From contig NEEC01000009.1 of assembly GCA_002189035.1 (NCBI GenBank), positions 1,550,001-1,614,000 on the forward strand: a stretch of 64,000 nt of DNA. Direction: 5' to 3'. Within the stretch, counting starts at the first letter, position 1. Each line of letters opens with the position of its first letter. The stretch is from Utricularia gibba. Its lineage: Eukaryota > Plantae > Magnoliophyta. The position numbers and the translations under genes are program-made. A model generated the notes under the pieces. The model saw only the letters and a program-made list of their open reading frames with translations. It ran no database searches and was not told the DNA's origin. Positions 38,701 through 51,327 of this stretch are shown here, in pieces.

Positions 38701-41700
38701 GGTATATTTCCAATGGGTTTTACTAAAGAGGCCTCAGACAGAAATGCAAAGGCTCGTTCAAATGTTATTTGCTATGAAAGCAGGCTAGTGTTTCAGCTTG
38801 TTGTTTGATGTAGCATCTTTTTTTTTTAGTTTTGTATCATTCTGGGAGCTGATAAACGCTAATCTTCAAACATGTATTGTCAGTGAAAGGGCATTGTTAA
38901 ATCGAATGATGCTAGAGTTGCATAAGTTGGATAGTGATGTTTTAGTTGGGCACAATATCTCTGGATTTGATCTCGATATCCTTCTTCACAGTGTCCAGGT
39001 AATGCATTTAACCGTCGACCTTTAAGTCTGCAGTTACTCGCCATATATTTTGTATTCTTCACATGCAACATTTTCCAGAGATGCAGGGTGGCCAGCAGTA
39101 TGTGGTCGAAAATAGGCCGTCTTAAACGTTCTTCCTTGCCCAAGCTCAATAAGAGTAGCTCATCATTTGGCTCAGGTCTGAGTCCCGGGATCATGTCCTG
39201 CCTTGCAGGTCGTCTTTTATGTGATACATATCTTTGTTCACGGGACCTGTTGAAGGAGGTTTGTTCTGATTATCTTGACTTTTTTATGTTATCTACTGTT
39301 ACTATTCAGTGCTTTTCACTTCATTCAGGTTAGTTATTCCTTGACACAACTAGCAAAGACACAGCTAAATAAAGACCGGAAGGAGATAACTCCACATGAC
39401 ATTCCTCAGATGTTTCAAAGTTCTGAGTCACTCATGGAACTGGTGAGTTCAATTTCTTTTTGAACTGTGAAAGTCATTCTTTGACATATTTGAGAATGCG
39501 TTAAGGACATGGCTTTACCACTATGGTTACTGGTCTTGGTTTGTAAACGGAAACAATATTTTCTTATTAGCAGCAAGGGGAAAATGCCAGATGATTTTTA
39601 TAAAGATTTGTAAAATTTCACCAGCCGGATTCAGATGCCCAAACTGTAGTTTATTGATCATTCATAGCTTATTAGATCTACTTTTCTTTCTGATAATGAA
39701 TACTCTGAGTGTCTGTATATCAATTTTGGCTCAGTTATCCATTACGTCTGATCCCATTCCAAGTCAGTGTTTCTCATAAAAATTTTATCCTTCTCCTTAT
39801 CCAACTGCAGATTGAGTCTGGTGAAACAGATGCATGGTTGTCGATGGAGCTGATGTTCCACTTGAGCGTCCTCCCTCTCACACGCCAACTTACCAATATT
39901 AGCGGCAATCTTTGGAATAAAACTCTCCAAATGAATCGGGCACAAAGAGTGGAATACCTCTTGTTGCATGCATTCCACGCAAGGAAGTTCATTGTACCGG
40001 ACAAGTTTTCTACCCAGTCAAAGGACTCCAAATACTCGAAAACAAAAACTGTTGGTGGTGTTGAGAGGAAAGAAGCAGATGTATATGATATGAATGTAGA
40101 TGATGAACTTCCTGGAAATGATGAGATGAGAACAAAGAAAGGGCCTTCCTACTCCGGTGGACTTGTACTGGAACCCAAGAAAGGACTCTATGAAAAATTC
40201 GTTTTGTTGCTGGATTTCAACAGTCTCTATCCTTCCATAATTCAGGCTAGTATTTTGTATGCTAGATCCCCCTTGCCCCCTCTTATACAAAACTAGCCAA
40301 CACAGACCTTGGCTGGCCATGTTTAGCTATCCAGATACTCTCCGTTGAAGGATGAAAAATCCTTGATTTTACAGGAGTACAACATATGTTTTACTACTGT
40401 GGAAAGATCCTGTAATGGCTTGGATCCGCAGTTACCATCAAGTAAAAAAACCGGAGTTCTCCCCGAGGTAGTATCTTAAATTCTTATATTCCAAAATCAT
40501 ACTTGAAGTGTATAATTCAGAATGAACATTCGCTGGCAGTTGCTGAAGAATTTGGTAGAGAGGAGGAGGATGGTGAAGTCATGGATGAAGACAGCTTCAG
40601 GTCCTAAACTTCAGCAGCTTGACATACAACAACAGGCCCTAAAGCTCACAGCAAATAGGTTCGTATTTCTTGGCTTAAATTATACCTAATGGCTCCTCAT
40701 AATTATTGATAAACGCCTGCAGCATGTACGGATGCCTTGGTTCTTCTATTTCCCGGTTCCATGCGAAACACCTTGCAGAACTTATAACACTGCAAGTAAA
40801 TCATTCCTTACCAAAACGAATTTGTTTGTTGGTTCAATGGAAGATGCTTCTTACTGACTTGTATAATTTTACAGGGAAGGGAAAGCTTAAAGAGCACTGT
40901 CGATCTTGTTCAAAATAATTTAAATTTAGAGGTTAAATTCCCCAGATATTTTTCGCGCTCGCATAATTAATGCATGTCGACCGATATAACTAGTCTAATC
41001 TTTGTCATGCAGGTTATTTATGGTGACACGGATTCCATTATGATTTATAGTGGGCTTGATGATATTGCAAAGGCTAAATCGATTGCTGGAAAGGTCATTC
41101 AAGAGGTAGTGTTCCGATTAGAGAGTAATGCAGTTGAATTTGAATCATTCAGTTTCTATATTAGAAAAAGTAGTCACCTAATAATCTAAAATGATCTGGG
41201 AGAGGTTTTCGGATGGTTTCTGGTCATGTTTGTTGAAACATGGAAGTGGATAAGTGCAACATGAATTTTTTCTACTACAGTTGGATAGTACATGCAGTTG
41301 ATATGCAGTGCGTAATCTTGAAAAGGGCTTTTGTCAAAATAGGTCAATAAAAAATATCGATGTCTGGAAATTGATCTTGACGGTGTGTACAAGAGAATGC
41401 TTTTGCTTAAAAAGAAGAAATATGCATCTGTGAAGGTACTATTCAAGGATGGAACACCATACGAGGTTAGTACTTCACTTAGGTATTATAAACCTCTTTT
41501 CTTGGCTTCCACACACAATGCTCACTCGTGTTGCGGCAGGTTATTGAGAAGAAAGGCCTTGATATGGTTCGACGTGACTGGAGCTTGCTTTCAAAGGAAA
41601 TAGGAGAATTCTGTCTGAGCCAGATATTATCAGGCGGGTCAGGTTTACTGGCTTTGTGTCTCACCTACCGCTGTAGTCATTTAGGCCTTGGCCTTGCATC

Positions 41701-43939
41701 TTTACAGTAGTATCACAGAGCTGACACCTTCTCATATGTCCGTTACCTTTCCAGGAGTTGTGAGGATGTAGTTGAGGCAATACACAATTCTCTTCTGAAG
41801 GTTGGTTTCATGCATATGCACATTCTAACACCAAATACTTCTCGAAGTCAAATTGCACATAACGGCTGATGAGTCCCTTTTATATCACACGGACTGCGAT
41901 TTTGGGAGTCCTCTACGGGTTCCCCATATTTTTGAAACCCTAACAGCTATGAAATTATGAGACTATTTTTTATCAACTACAGGTGCAAGAGGAAGCTAGG
42001 AGTGGGCAAGTACCTCTGGAAAAATATGTAATCACAAAGACATTGACCAAGCCACCTGAAGCTTATCCTGATGCTAGAAATCAACCTCATGTAGAAGTAG
42101 GGTCTTAAACACAAGATATGGTCCTTGCTTCTCTGAATAACATCCGCTTTCCATGTCTTAAAAAATGCTTGTGTCGTAGGTGGCACTCCGGCGCAAGAAA
42201 AGTGGTTATGTGACTGGTTGTTCAGCAGGGGATACTGTGCCTTATATCATCTGCTGTGAGCAGGTTTGAATTGTATTTTGTTTCTCTCTCCTTTTGATTC
42301 TTTTCTTTCATAATATTGCTAATAGAGGATTATTTCAGGGAAATGACTCGGCTACCTCGGGAGGAATTGCTCAACGAGCTAGACATCCAGATGAACTGAA
42401 AAGGGAACCTGGCAGTTGGATGGTTGACATAGACTATTACCTTTCACAACAGGTCTAGCTTTTTTCCAGCTCCTGGTGTACGTATATCATTCTCTAGGAT
42501 AGTGTGCCCTCCCTTGAATCATTGATCTTTTTTGTGCAGATTCATCCCGTGATATCACGCTTATGCGCTCCGATTCAGGGCACAAATCCATCGCGTTTGG
42601 CTGAATGTTTGGGACTTGATCCTTCGAAAGTATGTGTGGTTGCTTCTAATCTCAGTCTATTCCTGCCATGCAATTCCCTTTTACTTCCGTGAAGCAGAAT
42701 TTTTTTTTTGTGTGTGCTCTAAGCCGTCTCTGGAATCTTTCAGTTCCAGAATCGATCGATTGCTTCTCAAAGCGACGATCCTTCCAGCATGCTGTCATTT
42801 GCATTAGATGATGAAGAAAGGTACTTAAATATTTATTGCTGATCTGGTCCCCGATGTACATGCAAAAAACCATCTAATTGACGAGTTATAGTTCAAAATA
42901 TCGTCAATGTACCCTCTTTCCTTCGTTTCAAGTACGTATTGCTTATGGAATCTGAATTTGCAGATATCAGGGTTGCGAGCCATTGGTATTGACGTGCCCC
43001 AGTTGCTCTAGCACCTTCGAATGCTCACCAATCTTCACCTTGGTATGCGCATTAGTCGACCAAAAGCACACAGCTAATGACTTCTGGCTGAAAATGCAAT
43101 GCCCAAGATGCCCCGAAGGTGATGCAGGGAAACTCCTTCCTGCTGTTGTAGCTAATCAGGTATGCTCTATTTCCATATGATGCACTTCACAAGAGGAACA
43201 CCAAATATTCCTTCTGTTCGCCAGGTCAAGAAACAAGCAGAAAGATTCATGTCAACGTACTATAAAGGCCTGATGATGGTACGCATTCGTACTCACTTGG
43301 AAGTGGCCGCTTGTTCTGATTCAAATGCTGAGACGATTCTCTTTACTCTTTCCTCATAGTGCGACGATGAAACCTGCCATTACACTTCTCGAAGCGTCAA
43401 CCTTCGAGTCCTCGGGGATTCGGAACCAGGAACTCTTTGCCCCAACTACCCCCGATGCAATGGCCATCTCGTCAGGAAGGTTTGTCCCGCATTTTACACA
43501 TGCACCTTTTCGTTTTCCGGTAGGGCCGTCAAGTTTACCTGCGTACTGCATTTGCTTCGGGAAAATGAAAAGATTATGCCGTACAACTGATTCACCTTGT
43601 GTTTCTCATGCATTGTCAGTACACGGAAGCCGATCTCTACAGGCAGCTGTCGTACTTCTGCTACATACTGGACACCGACCGCTGTATCGACAAGGTTTTG
43701 ATTTCGCTCCAGTATTTATCTGTTTTCTTCGTGACGAGTAACGTATCTATGTACTCAAGAAGCTGTTGGGATTCGTTGGGCAGATTGAAGGGGAAAAGAA
43801 AGGGGTGGCGGAGAAGGAAATGGCCAAGATCCGACCAGCCGTCAGTTTGGCTTCTTCCACGGCGCACGCGATTCGAGATCGGTGCGCTTACGGATGGATT
43901 CAACTGAGCGACCTGTTCGTAACTCCTAGCGGAAGGTAA
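35711..43939 (+). CDS. POLA1: DNA polymerase alpha catalytic subunit (POLA1/INCURVATA2 orthologue), ~28 exons
   Basis: Traced exon by exon with no frameshift. Motifs [37 protein letters not shown]|[47 protein letters not shown]-terminal Zn fingers (CPSC...CPRC; CDDETC...CPNYPRC). Stop TAA at 43937-43939. Confidence 0.97.
38784..38883 (+). other. GC-AG intron in POLA1 (donor AG|GCTAGT)
   Basis: Only this donor restores NVICYES-S-ERALL; the nearest GT (38788) gives an immediate TGA. Confidence 0.85.
40246..40374 (+). other. GC-AG intron in POLA1 (donor AG|GCTAGT)
   Basis: Joins SLYPSIIQ to EYNICFTT in frame; the nearest GT (40250) shifts the frame. Confidence 0.9.
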
Positions 43940-44206
43940 GAGGAATTCTAACAGAACCCCAACAAAACAAAAAAAAATGTTATTAGATTGCCAAATCTTC
44001 AAAACAAATCCAATTCCACACTGAAGCTTATACATTATTCTTCTCCCACGAGAAAAAAAAAAGAAATATGATAATCCCTCCCCCAAAATGGTAGCTATAG
44101 AGAAACACTTCGCGTGGAACCCTCCGAGTATTTCCACTTATTCCATAAATAAAGAATATTGACAGCAAAAGGAATACGAACCCCGATGAAAGGGACGGGC
44201 ATGGGG

Positions 44207-47200
44207 TTACTGCAGCTCCCCCACAGGGGCTTCACTGAGCCATAGATAATGCATGAAGTCATAGAGCTTCGCACTTACACTAACCTGCACAGAAAATACT
44301 GCATCATTCCTTCTCAAATTAATGGCACATAGGGCTTGGAAGCACGAGTTGTTCCGTACAGGATGCCTACCTTGTACGGTGTAGGGTTAAGCCTTCTCAT
44401 GTGGTCTGTTCGCATCTGGTCGAGCTGATTGATGCACCGTTCACGGATCACCTTCAGCTCAGGCAGCTCTTCTCTTCTTTTTCCTGCATAAGATGGAGTT
44501 GTTGACTCGGGATTGGAATGGGTTCAGCAGGATTCGTGAACATGATTTAACCATAGATTCAGAGAACCAAATGGATTACCAGATCTGCCTGGCCAAAAGC
44601 ATTTAAGAAGCTCCTCCACATGCTGTGGGACGACATATGCTCTCTTGGATTCAATAAAAGGATGACGGCACAGTATTCGTTCACCTACCTGTAGATCAAA
44701 CACGGCACAGGATAACGAGCTTGGAACAATAAAATGATTTATAGCATCCCATGAAATTGAATGAACAGAACCTTAGGTGCTGGTTCATCTTCCCCAGTCA
44801 TGATATCCAGAAGAGAATATGCTTCTTTTCCATAAAGTCTGTAGCATCTTTTTTTGCAGGGAATGGACACCTGGAGTGGGGAAATGGAGTAGTACGTTAA
44901 ATCTGTTGTAAGCATGGCATCTAGCATTCTGACAATACCTTAGAAACATCTTCAGAAAGTTTGATACGGGGCTGGCTGTTTATTTCAACCATTTTGAATA
45001 CAACACCAAGGGCTGGTTGTGCATAGCATGTAACCAAATGTGTGCCAATGCCAAATGCATCAATCTCATGACCCTAATGACAGTTTGCTCTCAATTTGTG
45101 AAGTGAATCTTTGAGAAACAGAGGCTTTTAGAAAGGATCGAGATAAGTTTATCAAATTAAAATGAAGAATTCCTTGCCTGTTTGTTTAAAGCATCCAGAG
45201 TTTCTTCATTCAGGTCGTTGCTTGCAGTAATGCTTGTCTTACTAAAGCCTGGCACTCCATACTCCTTTTCAACAACTTTAAAAAAGTTCCGAGCCTGAAA
45301 TGATAAGTAGGCAAGATCACCAGAATCCAATCTTATACCTACTGCTTTGTACCTGGCAATACCCAAAAAAAAAAGCATTTCTGCTTAGAATGGTCCCTGA
45401 ACCTCTCATCTAGGTATAAAACAATCTAATACATAATGGAACTATTATAATGAGCACGGTATAATTCGTACAAAAAAAGCAGATTAAAGAGTATTTACAA
45501 TGTACAGAATGGCAATATAGTTACAACCCTTTGCAACGCACCCTAGATCATTCAGAGCAAGGGCAACAGCACAAAAATTAGGAATTCCACTCCTTATGAC
45601 CTGTTCATATGGATAAAACATCAGTAGTGCAAATAAGCCATATAAACTACCGAAAATTTCATGCATTTAACTTAAACTTTGCAAGCTCTCGTGGACCCTT
45701 TTTTTTTTCTCACATCGTATGTGTCAACTAGGGCCAAGAAAGTTCTCGGGAAGGCCAGCGCATATGAGATAAAAGCAGCCAATTCGCTTTGATTTGTCTC
45801 CCCAAACATTCCACCCAAGTTCTTGGACAGCTAAACAGTTTCAAAACATAATCAGCCAATAATTTTTACTGATAAAAAAAAAATCAGTCAATAACACGGG
45901 AATCAAAGTTTTGAACTGCTCAACAGGGCTTCCCATGTTAAAAGAAGGCTTAGAAAAAAAAAAATTGGTCGCACCTTCAATTTTCTAAGCCATGCATGCA
46001 CCGAACTCACAAAATCCTCACAAGCATTTGAGCCATCAGAACTCTTGAGTGTCTTCTCAGTGATCTCATCAGTATTCTGAACAATCAATTGGAAACTCAT
46101 GCAACCTTGAGTGCAGGTACAACAATTAACACAACACCAGCTAAATAATACAGACCATATATGAGCTAACAAATGCATGGGAATGTGTTCCACGCATTGG
46201 TATTCCAAATAATTTTCCAGCAGCGACGTTGCTGCAAGATCCAACAAAAAGATAAGGTAAAATGCATGCATATCAAATTACATGAGGTAACGCAAATTAA
46301 AACTGATTTCTTCTGTTTTTCTGAATTTAAGTAACTTGAAATTTGCCTTCTGCTCATCAGTAAAAGAAATGTGTTGATCTCCTTAACCAGTCCGTTTTCT
46401 TTGTTTAATTCCTATCAATGTGACAACCCTTAAAATTGAAAATCCTACGAGTGTTTTTAAACGGTATGAATTAATGATCATCCTAAGTGGCATCACTCCA
46501 TAATGAGAATGCTGGTTTGATGAAATTCACCTGGTTGCATCAAATCCACCTATGTAGCAGTATTTCGATGCTCCTATACCCCATCAGGGCCCTGCACAGA
46601 ATACGAGATAGGCAATAATTGTCAGACTGTGAAAACAATGGAAGTCATGTGTAGCTGCATCTTCACGTCAAAATATTCTTGGTATTACAAGTATACAGGT
46701 GGAGGGGATGACCTGTGCCCGCCGCAGTCCAAATTCAAGCAGAAGCTTGGACTTCCCAACAACAAAGCGATGCCTGGAAGCATTTGTTGCGACCAATGAT
46801 GCGTAATTTATAAGATTTACAAGTGGAGTTTCGAGCAGCTGAACCACCTTTAAAATAAAAAAAAAAAAAATCCAATCAGCTAATGCGATGAACATAATGA
46901 TGGGTTAGGTAAAGATTATAAAAGTCGCACTTACTGCCACTGGCCCTTCAACCCTCATCAGGGGTACCTTTGGAAACACAACATATCCTTCAGGAATTGC
47001 ATGTATTTCCACATCAGAACAGTCTATCTCACGAAGGTAGTCATAGAAGCCAGCCTATGTGACGAGTTTGGCATGAATGCGTCAATAAGATCTTGGTTCA
47101 CAATACTTCGTTCTCCAGTAAAAAGGCATTTACTAGTATGAGAATTATACCTCACAAGAAGCAGGTAAGGAAGCTTCAATAAAGGCAATGTCATCTTCAG

Positions 47201-47829
47201 TAAACTTGAAATTAGCAATTAACTTTATACACTCTTCTAGGCCAGCAAATACTGTATATTCCCCACCAAACGGATTCCTTCTGAAGTACAGGTCAAACCT
47301 GGTAACCAATCAACATCACGGGTAAAGGTCTTTGAGCATACATGACAAAAAACTGTGTATACATAAAAAACCATCCATTTGATGGCTTATTAACATATAA
47401 CTGACTACAGGCACTCATACTTGAATGGGGAAAAACTGCTGCTTCTATGCTTCTCAGCTGTTTTTTTTTTTTCGCAGGGTAAACATGACGAGTTGACTAT
47501 TGATAGAATATTCTAGTATTAAAATTATACCACATGAGAAAAACAGGCGATAATAACCAACAAGTTCCGCGCAAAATACTATATAATGGAATATCAGTAT
47601 CTAAACTCAACTGGCGTCTACTGTATAGAAACAACTGCAAGCAACGTACAAGAAAATCGAAAAAAAACCAGATAAATTACACTGCTCGTTCGTTGTGTTT
47701 GCCGGCTTTCCAGTAAGCATACGCCATGGTAAACTGATAAAGATCCGTCAACAGAGGCGTCACCATAGGATTAGTAGGGCCGCCGATGCATCCTCGAGAA
47801 TTCTCTTCAATCTTCGGTCCGTTCTCCAT
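44207..47829 (-). CDS. NAPRT: Nicotinate phosphoribosyltransferase
   Basis: [48 protein letters not shown]|GPDG(G)[49 protein letters not shown]-terminal [12 protein letters not shown]. One -1 frameshift at the run 46579-46582. Confidence 0.95.
45074..45177 (-). other. GC-AG intron in NAPRT (donor CAG|GCAAGG)
   Basis: Joins DALNKQ to GHEIDAFG in frame. Confidence 0.88.
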
Positions 47830-48424
47830 TCTCACTTGTTCCACGAACCCCGAAGCATGCAGCAAATGAGCGACGGATGTGGACAGAAATCAGTTTTGAT
47901 CTAGGGTTTGCTGTTATCGTGAACCATTTTCCTTTCTCAGAATCACCTTCCAACACGTGGTAGAGATTGTGACGGCCTGACGGGGCCATTCAGGTAATCC
48001 CAAGTTTTTAAGTTCCATCCCTATATATATGCCGCCTTTTAAGCACTTGACCCATTCACCTTCCGTTCCAAGAAAAAAGGTAATTTTTTTCCCCTGATGA
48101 CCCCAAAAAGCAAAGCTTACCGTTTTTATCTGTTGCAATTCTGAAAACACAGAAGATATTTTCGAAAATCAATGGAACCAATTCTATTACTAAGAACAAA
48201 TGAAAAAAAATCTCGTATAAAAATAATACATGAACCCTCTACCTAGTTAACATAAGTTACGAATTGATTTGACGAACAATATCGTATAAGACGGATGATT
48301 AGTATATGCATTATATACCAAATGTGAAAAATTAAGTGTACTATTGCTCACATCAATAGTTAAGAACGTACAGGGTCAAAATGGCATGCCCATAAAACCG
48401 CACCCTGCTAAATGGGGGTTCGTG

Positions 48425-50436
48425 TCACTGTTTAAGGTTCCTGGTTATGAAGAAGAGTAACAAGCAGACAAGAAGGATGTTGGGAGGATTGATCCTGGAA
48501 GCATCTCCGGTCAACTGAACGGATCCTGAGAAGCTCCCAATGGAGCCAGAGGGTGATGCTGGTGTTGAGTTAGAGAAGGCATTCGACTTGCAGCTTCCGA
48601 AGGGTGCTCCAGCCTGTTGCAGTGCTTTCATTTAGTTTCCATTCAAAATGGTGAGCGTGAGGATCAACAGTAGTTTCTCCATTGAAGGGGCAAAGTGAAA
48701 AACACAATGCACTGTAAGTGACGTTCAAGGACATGGTACTCGAAGTATGTCACTAAATCTCCATAGCTAACCGAGTGGATCGCAGTAGATGACAAAAGCA
48801 ACTGAAGCTGTGTATATATATGAATGCGGCAAACCTGGCAAGCAGAGACAGAACTGCAACCGCACAATGTCTGGCCATTCATCCGATCCAGAAGATCGAA
48901 AACGCCTCCTCCATCACTTCTCTGAAAGTTGATAGTTGAAGAAAAGGTACCATAAGGATAGAAACAAAGGTAAAAGCCTGGGTAACAAGTTGCAATACCA
49001 TGTAAAAGTTCACGGCCAAGAAGTTTGGCATCAAATTCCCAGATGATTTGTAGCATGTGGCAACCATATCTGCAAGGGATGTAGAATGCTCCTTGCAAGC
49101 TTCATTTTGAACTGGGATGGTTGGGAAATAATTCATCAGAAACAGCGAGGAACTTCTAGAGTCGAGTGGTTTTGATTCCTTCCTATTCCGGCATGTGCTT
49201 GGTTGGATCCCGGGGTTCCCAGCTGAAACACATGGCAAAGAACATTAGCACAACAGAGCATGCTACGCAAAAGGAAGAGAAACCTCTTTATCAAACACTT
49301 ACACTCGTTTTCTACCATATGTCTCCACTGATATGCGATTCCTTCTGTGGCCTCTTTTGAAGCATCAGAAGTGAAAACAAGTAAACGGTAGTTGTTTTGC
49401 ACCATACTGTTTACTGTGGGCCAAGCTTCACCCTTCTTTGGCATCTTTGCAACCGGATACCAGTATTTTTCCAATCCAGCGTCCGAGAACACCCTTGTTA
49501 ACCCCTTGGGGGAAGTCACATAATCCTCAATTATAATGGTAACAATTTCTGATGGATTTTCTGTCAAGAATGCTTCGACTTCTCTCAAAGTATTAACTGC
49601 AGGTTCCTGAATATGCAAACTTCGTCAAAAATGAAAATTTCAAGTGGGCACAAGGACAGGCTGCAATTCACCAAACACGATGGAAGAGATCGAGGAAGCA
49701 GAAGAGTACAAAAGCAGTGAAGTTATAGCATTGGCCCTTGAGCGAATGGCAAAGCCAGATATCATTCTCGAAATCATACATATCCAGCATCAGTCCCCTC
49801 ACTCCATTCTACAAGAACAAAATCACAGAACAAAATCAGCAACTAAAACTTAAAAACTGAGCATATATCAATGCATGTACCATCAATTGATTGGTAACCG
49901 AATCTTCTTGATTGTAGAAAGTGATTCTCTGAGTGCCGGTGAAAGATTGTGCATCGACAATAGAAAAGGCATTATGGGTCACTAGCCAAGTGTACTTGTT
50001 GAAGGGCAGCCCCCCACCAACCTGGAAAAAATTTAAAATTCAGAGGAACATATCGCATCTGCCCTGACGCAGAAATAATGAAATACGAAGGGCCGAAAAA
50101 GGGAGATTACAAGGGATGTTGGGGACGGAGCTTGGCCCCTGATACAAAATGGTTGTGTCTTGTCAATCGCAGGGCAGTTCCCACAATAAAGGCCAGGCCC
50201 GCAATCTGTGACAGAGGAACAAGAATCCAGAAGCTGCGTAAAGAAAGTAACAAAAAAAAAAAAAAATCGGTGATTGAGATGAAATAAGGAACCCAAGAGA
50301 GATCAAACAGGAAAAGGAGAACAAACCTGACATTGGCCACTTGAGCAAGCAGTGGAGGTGGCAAAAAACAAGAAAATAAGAGCAAGTAACGGAAACCCCC
50401 CAAGCAATTTGGATGCCTAATCCTGCATGAATCCAT
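48425..50436 (-). CDS. PI-PLC X-domain (PLC-like phosphodiesterase) protein, secreted and probably GPI-anchored (At5g67130-like)
   Basis: LLDSCSSVTDCGPGLYCGNCP, LPFNKYTWLVTHNAFS, NGVRGLMLDMYDF, NPSEIVTIIIEDYV, YQWRHMVEN, MPNFLAVNFY, hydrophobic C-tail. Restoring one G in the run 50396-50401 restores the signal peptide and ...TACSSGQCQ. Confidence 0.92.
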
Positions 50437-51327
50437 GGTGGGAAGCCAACAAAAATGGAACGACGGCTAGCTAGAAACCCAAATTGACCAAGTGCTGAAT
50501 CAAGCCAACCCCAGCAACCGGGAATTGCTTGTTCTGTATCCTCACTCACTCATCAGCCACTCTCCCAACCACCGGCAAAGTTAAAAATAAAAAAAGAAGC
50601 AGATGAAAAGGCTACGCCTTTGGGAAGACGGATTTCCTCAAACGGAGTTAAGTTAATAGTTAGCATCAATGATTGAAGCGCCAGAAGCGCAGCCCCACTT
50701 CACAAAGTTGCACCCATAAGTGCTGTGCTTTTTTACACGTCAACCTCATTATCCATGAAAATAGCGATATAGGCATAGGTTGGGGGAGAGTGTCGTCATA
50801 CACACTTCAGATATGACTTTTTTTAAACCCAAGATGACCAAATCCCGGTCACCCATCGAATAGGTTTCAAATTCCGAACGGTAAGAATCCACAGTGAGAA
50901 AACAGAAAGTCGAGCGGCGTGTGTTGAAAAACAGTAAGAATCCACAGTGAAATAAATTTACTTACAACAAACTTCGGCGCCTGCTGCTTCGTTACACAAC
51001 CAAGCCTAAAAAAACAGTAGATATAAGCAATGAATTCTGCACTTGATTTTTGTCAATGAAGAATTCTGTACGGAGTAAAGGGAACAAGTTTTTGTCCAAG
51101 GGAAGGAAGCATGGGTTTTTTCACAAGATAAAAATGCTAGGGATTAGAGTGATGGACACTTGAGGGACTGTAGCTGTAACAACTCAGCAGTGCTAATGTA
51201 GCAGCCAGCCAGCCAGCCACCTGAGAAAAAAAGAATCGATGTCACGTATGTTTGTTACCCTGGAGATGAATTAGCATTTGCCTCTCCAGTGGCCACAACA
51301 GTTGTTGCTATCTTCAGACTTGTGTGG

